DNA of 64,000 nucleotides, from positions 4,717,834 through 4,781,833 of the forward strand of contig JBJCIZ010000239.1 of assembly GCA_051294375.1 (NCBI GenBank), in the 5' to 3' direction. Shown here in pieces: positions 22,981-36,320 of the stretch; the stretch's first letter is position 1, and every line of letters begins with the position of its first letter. The position numbers and the translations under genes were made by a program. Below the pieces are notes generated by a model. The model worked only from the letters and a program-made list of their open reading frames with translations. It was not told where the DNA came from and made no database searches. Source of the stretch: Paraspadella gotoi. Its lineage: Eukaryota > Animalia > Chaetognatha.

Positions 22981-25900
22981 ATGATTTAAAAATTATATAT
23001 TGGTTGCTTGCAAAAAAAAACTTTTAGTCTTTCCTCAGGTTTTCACTGTATCGAATAAAATCCTTTTTCTCCTCCTCCTCTTTCTCCTCTTCCTCCTCCT
23101 CTTCCTCCTCCTCCTCCTCCTCATTGGTCATTCGTCTTTTACTCTGGAATATTCAAAAAGTCTCTATCCTTTTTTCCCTCTTCTCTCCATCAGTTTCCTT
23201 CTTTTTCCTCCAAACTTAAAAAAAAAAAAGAAACAATTTTTTTTCTCGTTTACCGGATGTGAGTTTGTAACTTTGTAGTGTGGTAAATTCTGTGATGAAT
23301 GTGGAAAGTGTGGTGAGTGTTGTACTGCTGTTGCGAATGTGGTCAGCGTTGTGATATGGTGATTTAAATAGTGCGGTGAGACTGGAGAATGTGAGANNNN
23401 NNNNNNNNNNNNNNNNNNNNNNNNNNNNNNNNNNNNNNNNNNNNNNNNNNNNNNNNNNNNNNNNNNNNNNNNNNNNNNNNNNNNNNNNNNNNNNNNNNNN
23501 NNNNNNNNNNNNNNNNNNNNNNNNNNNNNNNNNNNNNNNNNNNNNNNNNNNNNNNNNNNNNNNNNNNNNNNNNNNNNNNNNNNNNNNNNNNNNNNNNNNN
23601 NGTGAGTTGTGTGGCCAATTATCGCGAAGTAAACGGTGTGAGGACTGCCTGTTGCGATATTGGGTGGAGTAGAAAGTGGTAAGGTGAATGTGAGAGATGA
23701 ATGTGAGTGGTGGGGTGATATTTTGGTGATTGGTGAGGTTTGGTGAGGCCTTCCTTCTCTTTTTCATCCTTTGTCCGCCGCATTAAATATAAGTTTTAAA
23801 TATGACACCTTTTCCAATTCTTTCTCTTTTTCCTCTTCTCTAATATCTTTCTCTCTCTCTCTTTCTGTCCTCACCATTCTTTACCTCTTCCCCTTTCTTC
23901 AATTCCCTCACCCAGCCAGGACCTTTTAGACGCGCAATAAACTCACTTGTCGCAATTTCGGAGCAATCGATCAGCTTCCAATTGTTATATACAATAATTC
24001 TTTTTTATCAAGGCGCGAGAAGTCGCGAGCGAAACGCGCGAGATCACAGCAACATAGCATTGAGTTCGAGAGTCAGTTCTTTCTCTTGGGGAGCATAAGT
24101 AGAGTCAGTGCGAGCTAGCAGTCAGCATGTCTGCGTCACGCTCCGGAGTCTGGCAGCACCACGATTACAACGGAGGCAACTGAAATTATTTATCCTGTGA
24201 TGGAGCTTTAAACCACCAGAGCCTGTCCAAGTTCAGGGCAAGATAGGCATTATTAGATGTATTAATAATTATAAATTAAAACTAAATTATACTTTTAGAG
24301 TAGTTTTGGTTGGCGTTGCATAACACAATACACAGAGAGCGTTTTTTTTTATCTTTATAACTAACCAGAATTATTCACTCAGTAATTTCTACTGCGTTAT
24401 CGAAAGTATAACTATAACTATCCCAAGTGTTGCTGATTTTCATCCTCCTACGTTTACACGTTCTTTACCTCCTCACTCAATAACCTTCTTTGACTACTGG
24501 CTTCTTCAACTTGACAATACTGCTCTTGATATTTTTCCCTTATTTACACTCCTTGCGATAATTAGTGAGTTGTATTTCGTTTGTTCTTGATATTTTCCAC
24601 CTTTCATTATGATTACTGCATTGAGAAATATTGCAAAAATAAGAAAGATTCACATAGTACCTGATCTTATTAATATCTTCATCCCTCAATCTCATCGCTC
24701 ATACTAGTAGAAATTGCCTTTATAAGTCAATTCTCTCTACAAAACCATATTGCAGTAAAATAAAATAAAATTAAGGAGATATCAGAATATTCATTTTAAT
24801 ATTTTTTTTTTTAAATTTCTCTACAGTTTACACAAGGAATGTGGAGGTTAGTAACCTTGAGTGGTTGGAAAAGGATTTTTTTTATGAGAAGCTATTATCT
24901 TAATTAATACATATACTAGTGAATAGAAATTGATGGAAAATCATAATAGTTTTACTAGGAGCTGCGATGATGGGATGGTTGTTACGAGAGATGAATTTGG
25001 AACGATAAATGTGGTCACGGTTGTGAATATGGTGGTTATCGGTCAAATTGTATAAAACATCATATGTAGAGAGTTTGCTCGCGTTGTGAGGAGCTGCGTG
25101 ATTTCTTATGTGAGCGGTGAGTTGTGATTATCTTGTTGATTTATAAATTATATAATAGAGTTTGTATTGGTAGAATGTTTTAGTGAATATATTATATTGT
25201 GTGTTGAGTCGAGTCGCGTGCCTTTTCTGAATCAGTGTGAGATAATACATAGTGCGAGTTGGTTATGCTGGGAGGGATGGTTCTTGCGTGTGCATAGATG
25301 CGTCTCCTTTTTGTTGTTTTTGAGCGTCATGTGCTGTTGTTGGAATCGTGCCATAATTATCGTCGTTGGGTTTTGAGGAAAATTCCTGATGGTACGTTAT
25401 AATTTGTCTTAATTCTATCGAGAAGAAAGCAATATAAGTAACATGCCGGCGTGAGTGTAGTGAGAGTTTGCGAGGGACGCTAGGCCTATATAGTGGTCTT
25501 ATAGAGATCGTGTGAATGTGAGAGATGAAATGTAGAACGTGAGTTTAGGTGGCTCATCTATTCTTCTTTGCGCGTGATTTGCGTCGTTGACGGTCTGTTC
25601 GTGCCGCACCTCTTCTCTCGTCTTCTTTCTTATCCTTTTCTCTCTCGCATTTACATACTTCAAGTTTTCTATACATATGACACCTTTTCCAATTCTCTCT
25701 ATTTTCCTGCTTCTCTAATATCTCTTCTCTCATCTCTCATTTCTGTCCTCTCCACCATCTTCTCTTACCTCTCTTCTCTTCCTTTCTTTCCTCTAAATAC
25801 ACACCCCACCTACACTTCATCTCACTCTCCTCTCTCTCTTGTTTCTATCCTCATCCAGCGCTTTCTTCTNNNNNNNNNNNNNNNNNNNNNNNNNCTCTCT

Positions 25901-26714
25901 CTCTCTCTCTCTTTAATCATTTTCCCTCTTCGCTTGTCATCCGCAAGTTTTATCGTCCGCGTTGGCGATTCCTCTGAGAAGAGAGAAATAATTTTTTTCC
26001 TTCTTTTTTTTTTTCGCACCTCTGCTTTCTTTTTTCTCTCGCTTTTCCAACCTTGCTTCTTTCTCGTTTTCCAACCTTGCTTTTTTTTGCTATTCTTTCT
26101 ACCTTGCTTTTTTGTTTTCCAGTGTTTTTTATTCTTCTGTTCATGATTCATACATGTTTTTTTTCCTCTTCCCTCAAGTAAAACTCAAAATGATAGATGG
26201 AATGACTGAAAAAATTAAATGAATGAATGAGTGAATGAATGAATGAATCAATGAATGGTTGAATGAATGAATGAGTGAATGAAAGATAAAAAAAATATTT
26301 TTTTAATCAATGAAACCAATAAATAAAAGTATGAATGAAATGTAATGACGAATAAAGGAATCAATGAAGTAAAGAAATAACCATTAAACTAATTAATGCC
26401 CCGTCGAAGCCATTAATGAATGAAACCAAACATCAAACAACGAACCAACATTTTACAAACAATAAACATTAAACAATCATTTTACAAACATTCAACCCAA
26501 CAACCTTCCTGTGATAATTCACTTCACCTTCCCCGTGAATCCCATCTTTTCACCCCAACACACCCCTCCCCCGCAAGCACCTCTGCCCCCCCTTGGAGTT
26601 CGCTTCACATATTCACAACATCTTTCTTTCTTTAATCTTCGATGAAGCGGTCCGCGTCTTAAAGAGTCAACGGGACAAGGCGCTCTGACGAATTCTTAAG
26701 GTTGAACGCTACTC

Positions 26715-27020
26715 GGCTCTCTTTTCCGAGAGCGCCCCATTTCTGATTGTATAAATGTATATCCCAGAATTTTATCTTAAGCTACTTATTTAATCTTGAT
26801 ATGTTCTTAAGACTTATAAACCAATCCTAAGACTTATAAGTTATAACCTAAGACTTATATCCTAAGACTTATAACCAATCCCTAATCCTAACCTAATCCT
26901 AAGCCCTTAGCCTAAACCTTTATCCCTAATTTTTAACCGCTAACCTCTAGCCTTCTAACCTCTAACCTTCTAACCTCTAACCTCTAACCTCTAACCCCAA
27001 ACCCTAATCACGAACCAATT
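26715..27020. mobile_element. MITE, same family (mirrored at ~33640-34035)
   Basis: ggctctcttttccgagagcgccccattt followed by cctaagacttata and (ctaacct)n repeats; the second TIR is unclear. Confidence 0.5.
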
Positions 27021-27477
27021 TCTGACTAATCGCGATATGTAAAGTAAGTTAAAAATTAAAATTTTTTAAAAGTTTTTAAAGATTACTTCTAACCCTATAT
27101 TTAAATTAATCGTGATGATAATTTCATAAAATATATTTCAAAATGTTTTTTTAAAAAAATGTTTGCAAAAAAAGATAATTAAAAAAAATATAATGAAATA
27201 AAGTATCTTTTTTTAAATATTAAACAACCGATGTTTAAACAAAACAGAGAGACAGAAAGAACTCTACCGATGGACCGACCGACCAAAAATTCCCGTCTAA
27301 CCAAAAATCTTAGAAAAAAATAAAATTAAGAAAAACGAAAACCCCTGTTCGATATTCACGGAACGCTTTCCCAGTTGGCCGACGAGTTACGACGGTTTGG
27401 GTGAAAATGTGGTGCTTGTGGGCGAAACTGTGGTCGACTGGGTGGTGAAAAATCACCGTGTGGTCCAAAAAGGGATA

Positions 27478-27650
27478 GTGTGGATAAAGAGCTAAGTGGG
27501 CTGCTTAATAGTATTCGTATCTTCTTTGCCCCCTCGGCAGCAATGGAACGGGTCTTGGGTTTACTGGCGTCCTCACGTTTGGGTACCTTCGGAGATCGAT
27601 CCCGGAAACTGGACACGACCTGATGGTATTACTCAATGAGCCACCGGGTC
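27478..27650 (-). mobile_element. SINE copy, same family, internally deleted
   Basis: Reverse complement reads GACCCGGTGGCTCATTGAGTAATACC...GGATCGATCTCC...cgtgaggac...gacccgttccattgctgc...gcccacttagctctttatccacac, sharing head and tail with 63519-63740. Confidence 0.7.
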
Positions 27651-27764
27651 ACGAACGAAAGTGTCAAGCTTAAAAGCGGGGTGAACATATTGCAATGCCC
27701 GTCTCCAATAGAACTGGAAGATGGAATCGAATTTAACGGTTTTTTTGGTTGATATCATGAAATA

Positions 27765-28050
27765 CTTTGACTATGACGATGATGATTACGACGATGACGA
27801 CGATGACGTTATCGATGACGATGACGACGATGATGATGACAATTATGACGATAATGATGACAATTACCAAAATGACGAATATGACAATGATGACGATGAT
27901 GACTATGGCGATGACGACAACGATTACGACGACAACGATGACGATGACGACGACTATGACAATGACGAAAATGATTGTGACAACGACGACGACTATGACA
28001 ATGACGACAACGATTACGATGACGATGACGACGATGACGACGATGACGAC
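27765..28050. repeat. Degenerate (GAC/GAT)n microsatellite
   Basis: Direct inspection; similar tracts at ~17890-18360, 21200-21520, 37290-37685, 57980-58320 and 60175-60290. Confidence 0.95.
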
Positions 28051-28239
28051 CAGCCCCACTGATCTCCAGTTTTCCCAGATTCACTTTCTCGCCCCAAAGG
28101 AAAGTGAGGAGAGGGAGAGGGGGGTGGGGGAAGGAGGCATAGAGAAGAAAGGAGATGGGAAGGAGAGGAAAAAGGAGGAAGAGGGGAAACCGGAAAAGTA
28201 AAAAAAAGGAAGAANNNNNNNNNNNNNNNNNNNNNNNNN

Positions 28240-28540
28240 ATCAACAAAAAAGCACTTGAAGAGACGCCAAGATTAAAACGAACTCATTCATTCTAATCAA
28301 TTCATACGCAGATGCGCGATAGACAGGCAGAAAGCACACATCGAAAGGAAGAGTAGCGCATAGAAGTCTATAAGAGAGACGAGTAGAGGGATGAGTATAC
28401 GAGAGAGAGAGAGAGAGTTGTGAGAGAGCAGAGCAAGAGACGAAGAAAGAGAGAGTAAAAGCGAGATACGGGGAGTAGTTGAGTGGGTTAAGATTTGTTC
28501 TCTACAGGAGGGTTTTGCACGAGATTTTGTCACTGATATG
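28240..28540 (-). repeat. 3' LTR of the Gypsy element (very noisy copy)
   Basis: Insertion-rich collinear match to ~32405-32600, starting right after the N-gap that ends at 28239. Confidence 0.4.
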
Positions 28541-31500
28541 TTAGGATTAGGATATGTTGATCAGTCACTAAAATCCCACAAACTCTTATAGCACACATCG
28601 GGCTGGAGGCATGTATGGTCATTGAAGACGGAATTTATAAATTGAGGTATTTGCTGAGTTCTCCGGTCCTCCATAAAATTGGTCATTATCCGGGCGCTCG
28701 CTGACTTTGGCGGACGAGTGGCGGTGATAGCGATGGGAGTCGGAGACCACTTGCCTATTAAAATGGACCAGTGCTGGTATATATTATGGAAAGAATGTCT
28801 TCTGAACGGTTCTGTGCGTGCGGTAAATACGTGCCGAGCGACCTCTCGAGTGTTGGATTCACGTTTCGTCAGAGGGACAACAAAGACATAACATGGAGGA
28901 ACTTCAAACACGAATTCAAACGAGAGAGGAACGGATTAAGGAAGGATAAGGGCACATAGAGGCTAGGGAAAGGAGACGGAGAGCGAAAGTACGGACTCGA
29001 GGGACTGAAACACTAGAGAGAGTACTGAGATTAGGGAAATAGAAATGTGGAGAGATGGGCAGAGACTTTAAGAGGTGCCCATGAGGCGGGAGGGGAGAGA
29101 GGGCTGGAATAAAGGGGAAGAGGCACTTCTGTAGGACGGGAGCGTGCACGCATGGCTCAATCGCGGAGGGAAATTTATTTCGGACGGCCCATGGCGACCC
29201 GGAATTTCAATGTTTTGAAAGTTTTTTGGGGCTCAGCGTTCATCTCGGACGTCGTAAGGGGCCGCGTAGGTGGCGGTTGGAGCGGCGTCGAATGGCCGTC
29301 GCACGTCTGACTGTAGACGCGGTCGAGCGTTTCCGCAAATGAGAAGATCGGCGCGCGGCCGAAGCGCGGGATGAGAGCTGCATGAGAGCAACATCAGCCC
29401 CGAAGATCCTGCCAGAATTCTTGCGCGAGGGTGGCGTCAACGTCAGTTGCTCCGGGGCACCTCCGGGAAGTAGTCGCCGCTGGGGAGCGTCTCAGCGGTA
29501 TCCCCAGCGTTAGTTCCAGCGGGGAGGCGTAGGAATCTTCGCGCGGGTGGCGCGGAGGCTTAAAGAGCGTCCAAGGGAGTTGCGCCAACGCAGGTTTTTC
29601 GCAGCGCGTTCGCAGCCGGGGGAAGGTGCCGCCTTCGAACGTTCGATGAGGAGGCGTTCTACATCCCGTTAGATTGGGGGTGTAGGAGCGGTCGTCGTGG
29701 AAAGGAACCGAAGCCGACTGACCCGCCGCCACTTAAGGTTCAGACGTAAATTGGGCGGCCGCATCGGTGGTACGACTGAAGCGTGGACGCCCAACAGGGA
29801 GTACTCCGCAGTTTCTGGCAGGAAGGCAGCGGCGACGGAGGCCGGGCGAAGTGTCCCCACGGAGCGGCGCCGCGTTCTGGCGAGCGCGTAAAGCGGTCGT
29901 CATCGTTAAATAGATGGGTGTGTGCCGAAACGGACTGGCAGCGGCCCAACGAGGTCAATAGACGTGAGCAGAACGTTTTAGACGGTGTTCAAAACGTTGG
30001 AGCGGCGCGCGGACGAGTGGCGCTGCGTACTTAGAGGCGCTGGCAGGTGTCGCAAGACGCCGCCACACCGCGCAACGTCGAGGAGACGGAGGCCACACAA
30101 CGGGTGTCACAAAAGTTTTTTGGAGGCGCGGAAACTCCGGTGAGCGAGCATGGGTGGCGTCAAAAATGCGTCGGGCAGCCAGAGGCGGGACGAGTGGACC
30201 GTGCCCGGAGCCAGGAGATATCGCAGATGTTGCGTCGTATGTGCTGATCGGGACCTTTTGAGGCGAAGCGGCGTATGAGGGGTCCGTTTGATGAGAGACG
30301 CTGGAATGTCGTCGGTCGGGATGATCTGCGGGCCATTGCCTCAAAGTTGACTTGGAGGGCGCCGACGGCGTTGAAGTGGCGGCGATGTCATCGCCGTTCT
30401 TTTGCCGTGTTTGATGAATGGCTCGGGGTTGATTGCCATGTGGATAGGCGGCGCGGTCGGCACTAGCGGAGGAGGCGTAGCTTTTGTTGGGGATTGAGTG
30501 CTCGACGCCTGCTTTGGCGGCGCGGCTTGAAGACGAAAGTTTTGTCAAGTAGGTCGCTCGATCGGAGACAGGTGCAAGATGAGGCGTCGCGACGTGTAAA
30601 ACTCGGGGCGTGCGCGCGGCGGACGCGCGCGTCCGAGCGTGGCCGGGGATGACTCATATAGTCATCGAGATCGAGAGAAATACTATCGGCGTCGATGATC
30701 GAACGCCGAAATGATGCTCCATCAAAAAGTCGGCGTCCGAGAATGGGCGTGGCGACGTCGGCGATGAATGACGAGGTGGGAAAGACGGCGTTGTCCGAAG
30801 CCGAATTCCGCATACTTTCTCGTATATATGATGGGTTGTGTCGTTGGCGGCGCGGAGTGAGCGGGGCGTTGGCAGCGGCGAGCGCCGCCTCGACGGCGGT
30901 AAGGATTCGCTTCAGCAGCGGGGCGCGACGGCGCAGAGGCGGGAAATGAAGCGTTGCCTCTGAGCCGCCGTCAGACGAGGCCACTCCAGGCGCGGGCGTC
31001 AGGGTCGCGCAAGAAGAAAGAGTTTAGAGTCGGTTTTGGCCGGCGGATCGCGAGGCGACTAGCGGCCGCCGGCGTTGGCGTTGACGGCCGCGCATCGGCA
31101 AGGGCGGCCGTCACGGTCGTGCCATGGCATTAGGGCGTTGGTGCCAAAGTGGTAAGTGATAAAACTTAGGTTCACGGGCAGAGTTCGCGCGTAGTGGTGG
31201 CAGAGCGAGGACGTCAGGATTGGGCGGCGTTGTTGCTGCGGACGCTGGCTGCTTGCGGACGGCTGCTGCGAAAAGGGCCGCTGCATATGAGCGCGGCGGC
31301 GGTCGGCGAACTGCGGATTCGCCGTGAAGAAGTATGGCGCAATTCGTCGGCGTCAATTGATGGATTCATTTGGAGTCTCCAGTGGCTCGTCCACTGTGAC
31401 CTCAATGGAGGTGACAGCTGTTCACCGTGTTGAGGGCGCGATCGGAGCTACGAGATATTGTCGCGGAAGGAGGAAGAACTCGTCGGCGTCCTTCGGCGAT

Positions 31501-32385
31501 GTCGAACGGCTCTTGTCCTTCCCTGACGACGTGTTCTCTTGACGCTTGAGGGGAGGCGCCGGCCAAATGGCGGCCTTGATGTGGGTCGATGTGAGGCTTC
31601 GAGGACCGGTCAATTGCAGGAGGTGTGGGAAGGGGTGACGCCCTTTTATGACGTCAGTTTCAACGCCTTTTGCTGCGCGCCGGTTGGGCGTCCTTCACCA
31701 TAGACGTTTTTTAAGTGGGGCTGACGAGGTTTTGTTGAGCGTCAGGACCTTCGTCGATGCGTAAGGCGTGCCGGAATTCACCGGTGGCGGGAGATGGGGA
31801 TGGCGCTGAGGATCTGCGCCTTCTTCTCCGCCGGATCGGTGACGCCGGTGGCCGCCGATTCCACGGCGGTGTTTGGTCCCAAACCACTCTGTGGTGGGGT
31901 CAAAAGCGTCAGCTTTGGATTTCGTCTTCTTACGAGGCGTTGGCGGAGGGGCGAGGAAACGGTGGCGTCCGCCTGCGGGGGCGGTGTCGCCGGCGCCATT
32001 GTCTTCCATGGGGAGGTAAATCCGTATGAAGCGGTGCTTGCGCGCGCTGAATGAAGGGTTTTTGTCTTTCTGTGGTCGCGGCCGAGTCTGAGTCTGATGT
32101 CAAAAAATTCATTTCAAAAGTTTTTCAATTTTGCTTTCAAGACTTTGGGAAGAGGAAGAGGCGGGGCGTCGTGGAAGCGCCTCGTCGTGGCGCGGCGCCG
32201 TGCGGATGGGAAGGCGCTGCGAGTTGTATACTGGCATTGTCTCTTCTTCTCGTCGGCGGCGTTGGGGGACTAAGACCTTGGACGTCGTGACTGGAAGAGA
32301 AAGTTATTTTGACACAACTATTTATGTTTTTTGTTTTTTTTTATTTTGTTGCTCCGTTTTACACTTGTGTTTATCTATTGTTCCG

Positions 32386-32397
32386 ACGGGCTCACCA
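32386..32397 (-). promoter_or_regulatory. Primer binding site of the Gypsy element (tRNA-Trp-like)
   Basis: Minus strand reads CA-TAT-TGGTGAGCCCGT, close to the tRNA-Trp 3' complement TGGTGACCCCG. tRNA-Trp priming is characteristic of the CsRn1 lineage. Confidence 0.75.
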
Positions 32398-32400
32398 ATA

Positions 32401-32700
32401 TGTGGACTGCAACAAGTTCAGAGCTAAGAATGAATTTATTCTTCAACAAGGGTTAATAACGATAACAATAAAACTCAGATGCAAGTCTATAACAGTGGTA
32501 TTAGCAAGGTCAAAGTTGTGACACAACGAGAAAGAGTAAAACGATCGAGGGTAAGGTTGAAGTAAGGTCACTGGTTTGACCTGAGGTTTGCGTGTTTGTA
32601 GTTGTTCGTCCACAGATAATATTAAAAACCAAAAAAAAATTCTACTTCATCCTCAACAAGCATACCTATTAATTCCACTAACCGCGAGCCACTAGAGACC
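32401..32700 (-). repeat. 5' LTR of the Gypsy element (outer boundary uncertain)
   Basis: Ends in CA next to the PBS, with minus-strand AATAAA at ~32434-32439. Words such as cagatgc, aagtctataa, gttgtga and gagtaaaa recur in the same order at ~28310-28470. Confidence 0.55.
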
Positions 32701-33139
32701 CGAAACGTTCCCTCATGTCAAACTCTCGCCCCCCACGCCCGCGCGCCCCGCCCATATTAGCCAACCTATCGATACAACTCCACCTCTCCCATTAATTTAA
32801 CTCATTATGCGGCCCTTCTTTGCCTGAAACCCGTTAGAACTTACCGCTCCACTTACCTTTCGCTTCATTAAGGGAAAACCAAAAGACAACACCAGCTCAT
32901 TTCATGTTCCTCCTTCCCCGCTTATTTTTCCTCTTCTCTCACCTTCCCATCCTACTCCCTATTTCCCCTTAACATTCTTTTCCTTCTCGTTCTCGCTTTC
33001 TTCCTTTTCCCCCTCTTCCCCTTAATTTTTATTTCCTTTTCTCTTTTTTCTCCCTCCCTCTTCCTTCCCTTATTAATTGGCTCACTCTACCCGTTCTCTC
33101 TTTTCCTCCTCCTCCTCATTCCCTACAAAAAACGGATAG

Positions 33140-36100
33140 TAATTAAGCAGCCCACTTAGCTCCTTATCCACACTGATCCGCTTTTTGGACCATCACGGTG
33201 AGGTGGATTTTCACCAACCCAGTCGAATCCCAGTTTCGCGCCATACAAACACCACATTTTCAGCCACGCACCACCGACCGTCGTAACCGTCGTCAGACTA
33301 GTGAAGCGGTTCCGGAATATCGAAGAGGGGTTTCCGTTTTTCTTAATTTTATTTTTTCTAAGATTTTTGGTTAGACGGAATTTTTGGTCGTTCGGTCCCA
33401 TCGGGAGACGTTCTTTCTGTCTCGTCTGTTTTGTCTTAAACATCGCGTTGTTTAATAATTTAAGAAAAAAGATACTCTTATTTCATTTAATTTTTTATTA
33501 TTTTTTTTTGCACAACTATTTTTAAAAAACATTTTGAAATCATATTTTAGGAATTACCATCTTAATTATATGGAAGTAGAAGTAATCTTAAAAAACTTTT
33601 TAAATTTAATTTTTAACTTACTTTACATATCGCGATTAGTCAGCAAATTGGTTCGATGGGGGAACTTAGGTAGTGAGGTCTAGAGGATTGAGTCGTCTAG
33701 AAGAGCGGTTTAGGCTAGGTTAGGCATCGTCAGAAAATTCTATAGTCTGTTAGTTAGATAAGTTGAGAGATAGTTAGGGCATAAGGGATTAATCATTAGG
33801 TATATCTATGCGCATTAGGAAATTCAGATGGTATATAAGCTTAGTCTGTTAGTTAATGTAAGTCTTAGATGTAAGTGAGAACTGAGTAAGTCATTAGATG
33901 ATTATAATATAGATAAGTCTTAGGATATAAGAGGCTGTTATAAGTCTTAAGAAACATATCAAGTTAAATAAGTAAGCTAGTAATTCAGGATTACATTATA
34001 TCTCAGAAATGCGGGCAACTCTAGAAAAGAGAGCCGCAGTAAGCGTTTCAACCCTTTATTAAGAATCTCGACACAAGCGCCTTGTCCCCGATTGACTCTT
34101 CAAAGAACAGAAGGACCGCTTACATCGAAGATTAAAGAAAGAAAGGGACTGTTGTGAATTGTAACGCGAACCTCCAAGGGCGGGGGCAAGAGCGTGGCTT
34201 GCGAGGGGAGGGAGTGCTCTTGGAGGAGATTCACGGGGGAAGGTGAAAGTGAATTTTCTCTGGGAGGTTGCTGATGGGTTTGAATGATTTGCCTACAAAT
34301 GTTGTTTAATGTTTATTGTTGCTAAAATGTTGGTTCAGTCTGTTTGATGTTTAGGTTAACATGGCTTCACGACGGCATTAATGTATCATGGTTATTTCTT
34401 CTTTACTTAATCGAATTCGTTCATTCGTTCATTAATACTGTCTCATTCTTACTTATTATTGGTTCATGATGAAATTAAAATTATATTTTTTTTAATCACT
34501 CACATCTTTCATTCCTCAGTTAATTTCATTATTTCAATCAATCCATTATTGATTTATTCAATTCATTCAACTCATTCATTCAATCTTATTTATATTTTCT
34601 TCGCATCTTACAAATTATTTTTTCAGTCCATTCCATCTATCATTTTTGAGTTTTACTTTGAGGAAGAGAACAAAACAACATGTATATCATGAACAGAAGA
34701 ACTAAAAAACACTGGAATAACAAAAAAACAAGGTAGAAAGAATACAAAAAAAAAGCGAAAGGTTGAAGACTAAGAAAAAAAAGCGAGGTAGAAGAAAAGA
34801 GAAAGAAGCCAAGGTTGGAAAAGCGAGAGAAAAAAGCAAGCAAGGGTTGCCGAACGGAAAAAAAGAAGGAAAAAAAAATATTCTCTCTTCTCAGAGGAAT
34901 CGCCAACGCGGACGATAAAACTTGCCGGCAGATGACACAGCGAAGAGGACAATTGCATTAAAGAGAGAAGATAGAGAGAACAGAGGAAACGAGGAAGAGA
35001 GAGAGAGCAGAGAACGAGGGGGAAGGAATTGAAGAAGGGGAAGAGGTAAAGAATGTGATGACAGGAAAGAGAGAGAAGAGAAGATATTAGAGAGAGGAGA
35101 GAAGATTGCTGACCAGGTTGTCATAATTAAAACTTATATTAATAGCGGACGGACAGAGGATGAAAAAGGAAGAAGGCCTCACCAACCTCATCCAATCAAC
35201 TCAAAATATCACCACCCCACCACTCACATCATCTTCCATTCGCCTTACCAGGCTTCCTACTCCAACCCAATCATCCCAACAGGCAGTCCTCACACCGTAT
35301 ACCATATATGGCCCATACACACACTCACCAAAAAAGCAATTCCACGCACACAACTCTCACTCCACAAGATTACCCAACTCTACTGACACACCTTACATAT
35401 TCACTAAACCACTCACCATACAAACATATTAATTCACATCCTCTCACCCATCTCCATCATTCTCCAGTCTCACACGCACTATTTGCAAATCCACCAACAT
35501 TTACCCACATACAACATATCACAAACGTCTGACCACATCGCGAGTACATCGCACAGTACAACAGAACACCTCACACACTTTCCACATCATCAACACCAGA
35601 ATCTTACCAAACTAACAAACTCCACATCCGGTAAACGAGAAAAAAAATTTTGTTTTTTTTTTATTTTTTAAGTTTGGAGGAAAAGAAGGAAACTGATGGA
35701 GAGAAAGGTGAAAAAAGGATTAGAGACTTTTTGAATATTCCCAAAGTAAAGACGTCCACATGACCAATGAGGCAGGAGAGGAGGAGTAAGAGGAAGGAGG
35801 AAGAGAAAGAGGAGGAGGAGAAAGATATCGATAAGTACCTGAGGAAAGAACTAAAAGTTTTTCTTTTGCAAAAGATTATATTTCTTAAACATTTAATAAA
35901 TAAGCTATTTTGTCCGCTGACCTCTTGGACCAAGGCTCTTGGTGTTTAAAGCCTCGCATACAGATAAATAAATTTTCTAGTTACTACTCTTATATATTCT
36001 CAGTACAGTCGAACGCTGCTGATCCTGAAATTTTTGCCCAAAAAACAAAGTTCTTGCTGTTGATTCGGTTGCTGGCAGGAACAATGAGCTCCATGCGGTT

Positions 36101-36284
36101 GCTGCAGAGGAAAGCAAGGACCATAGCTGCAATTTACTTGTTTCAGTTTCTAGAAGAGAAAAACCTTCCGGTCTTAAACAAAAAAAAGAAAGCTCATTCT
36201 CTTTAACAAAAAATCAAACGCCCGTAAAGTTTACGAATAAAGGCTGCAGCCGATGGGGGGGAGAAGAGAGAGAGAGAGAAGAGA

Positions 36285-36320
<36 letters not shown>

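Larger units (their letters stand above)
9050..27510. repeat. Left arm of giant inverted duplication
   Basis: Reverse-complement blocks: 27360-27510/33140-33320; 26400-27300/33330-34400; 23000-23900/35060-35900; 21035-22340/36530-37865; 14390-14540/38820-38955; 13060-13900/39450-40295; 9200-9990/40650-41450. Confidence 0.9.
28240..32700 (-). mobile_element. Ty3/Gypsy LTR retrotransposon, CsRn1/Kabuki-like, near full length but heavily frameshifted
   Basis: GC-rich island. Minus-strand motifs occur in canonical order after indel correction. PBS TGGTGAGCCCGT (32386-32397) lies 3 nt inside an LTR ending CA at 32401. gag: PKLT.FDP...WF...GVTDPAEKKAQILSAIP (~31800-31920) and CHCC-type knuckle FYH..FGTNA..C...PC (~31095-31165). 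Protease: LVDGGSEATL (~30950-30980), LAAAN and FIADVATPILGADFLMEH (~30715-30770). RT: GVEHSI, AAPTF and IYLDD (~29900-29915). RNase H: ASPLELT (~29510). Integrase-like KW..PIA.ITA (~28720-28750). A noisy direct repeat links ~28240-28530 and ~32401-32600. Confidence 0.85.

Noticed and set aside
27585-27650. Functional tRNA gene
   Set aside because: A and B boxes are present but no complete cloverleaf forms, and it continues into a SINE body.
27721-28062. Poly-Asp ORF resembling an acidic biomineralisation protein (also 57959-58625)
   Set aside because: Degenerate (GAC/GAT)n tract open in multiple frames, with no signal peptide or splice support; many similar tracts occur nearby.
29200-32300. 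GC-rich island as a giant host exon (acceptor-like tttctcttccag near 32291; Set1-like LESKIEKLLK) or an endogenous nimavirus gene
   Set aside because: Ordered gag-PR-RT-RH-IN motifs with a PBS explain it as a Gypsy element.
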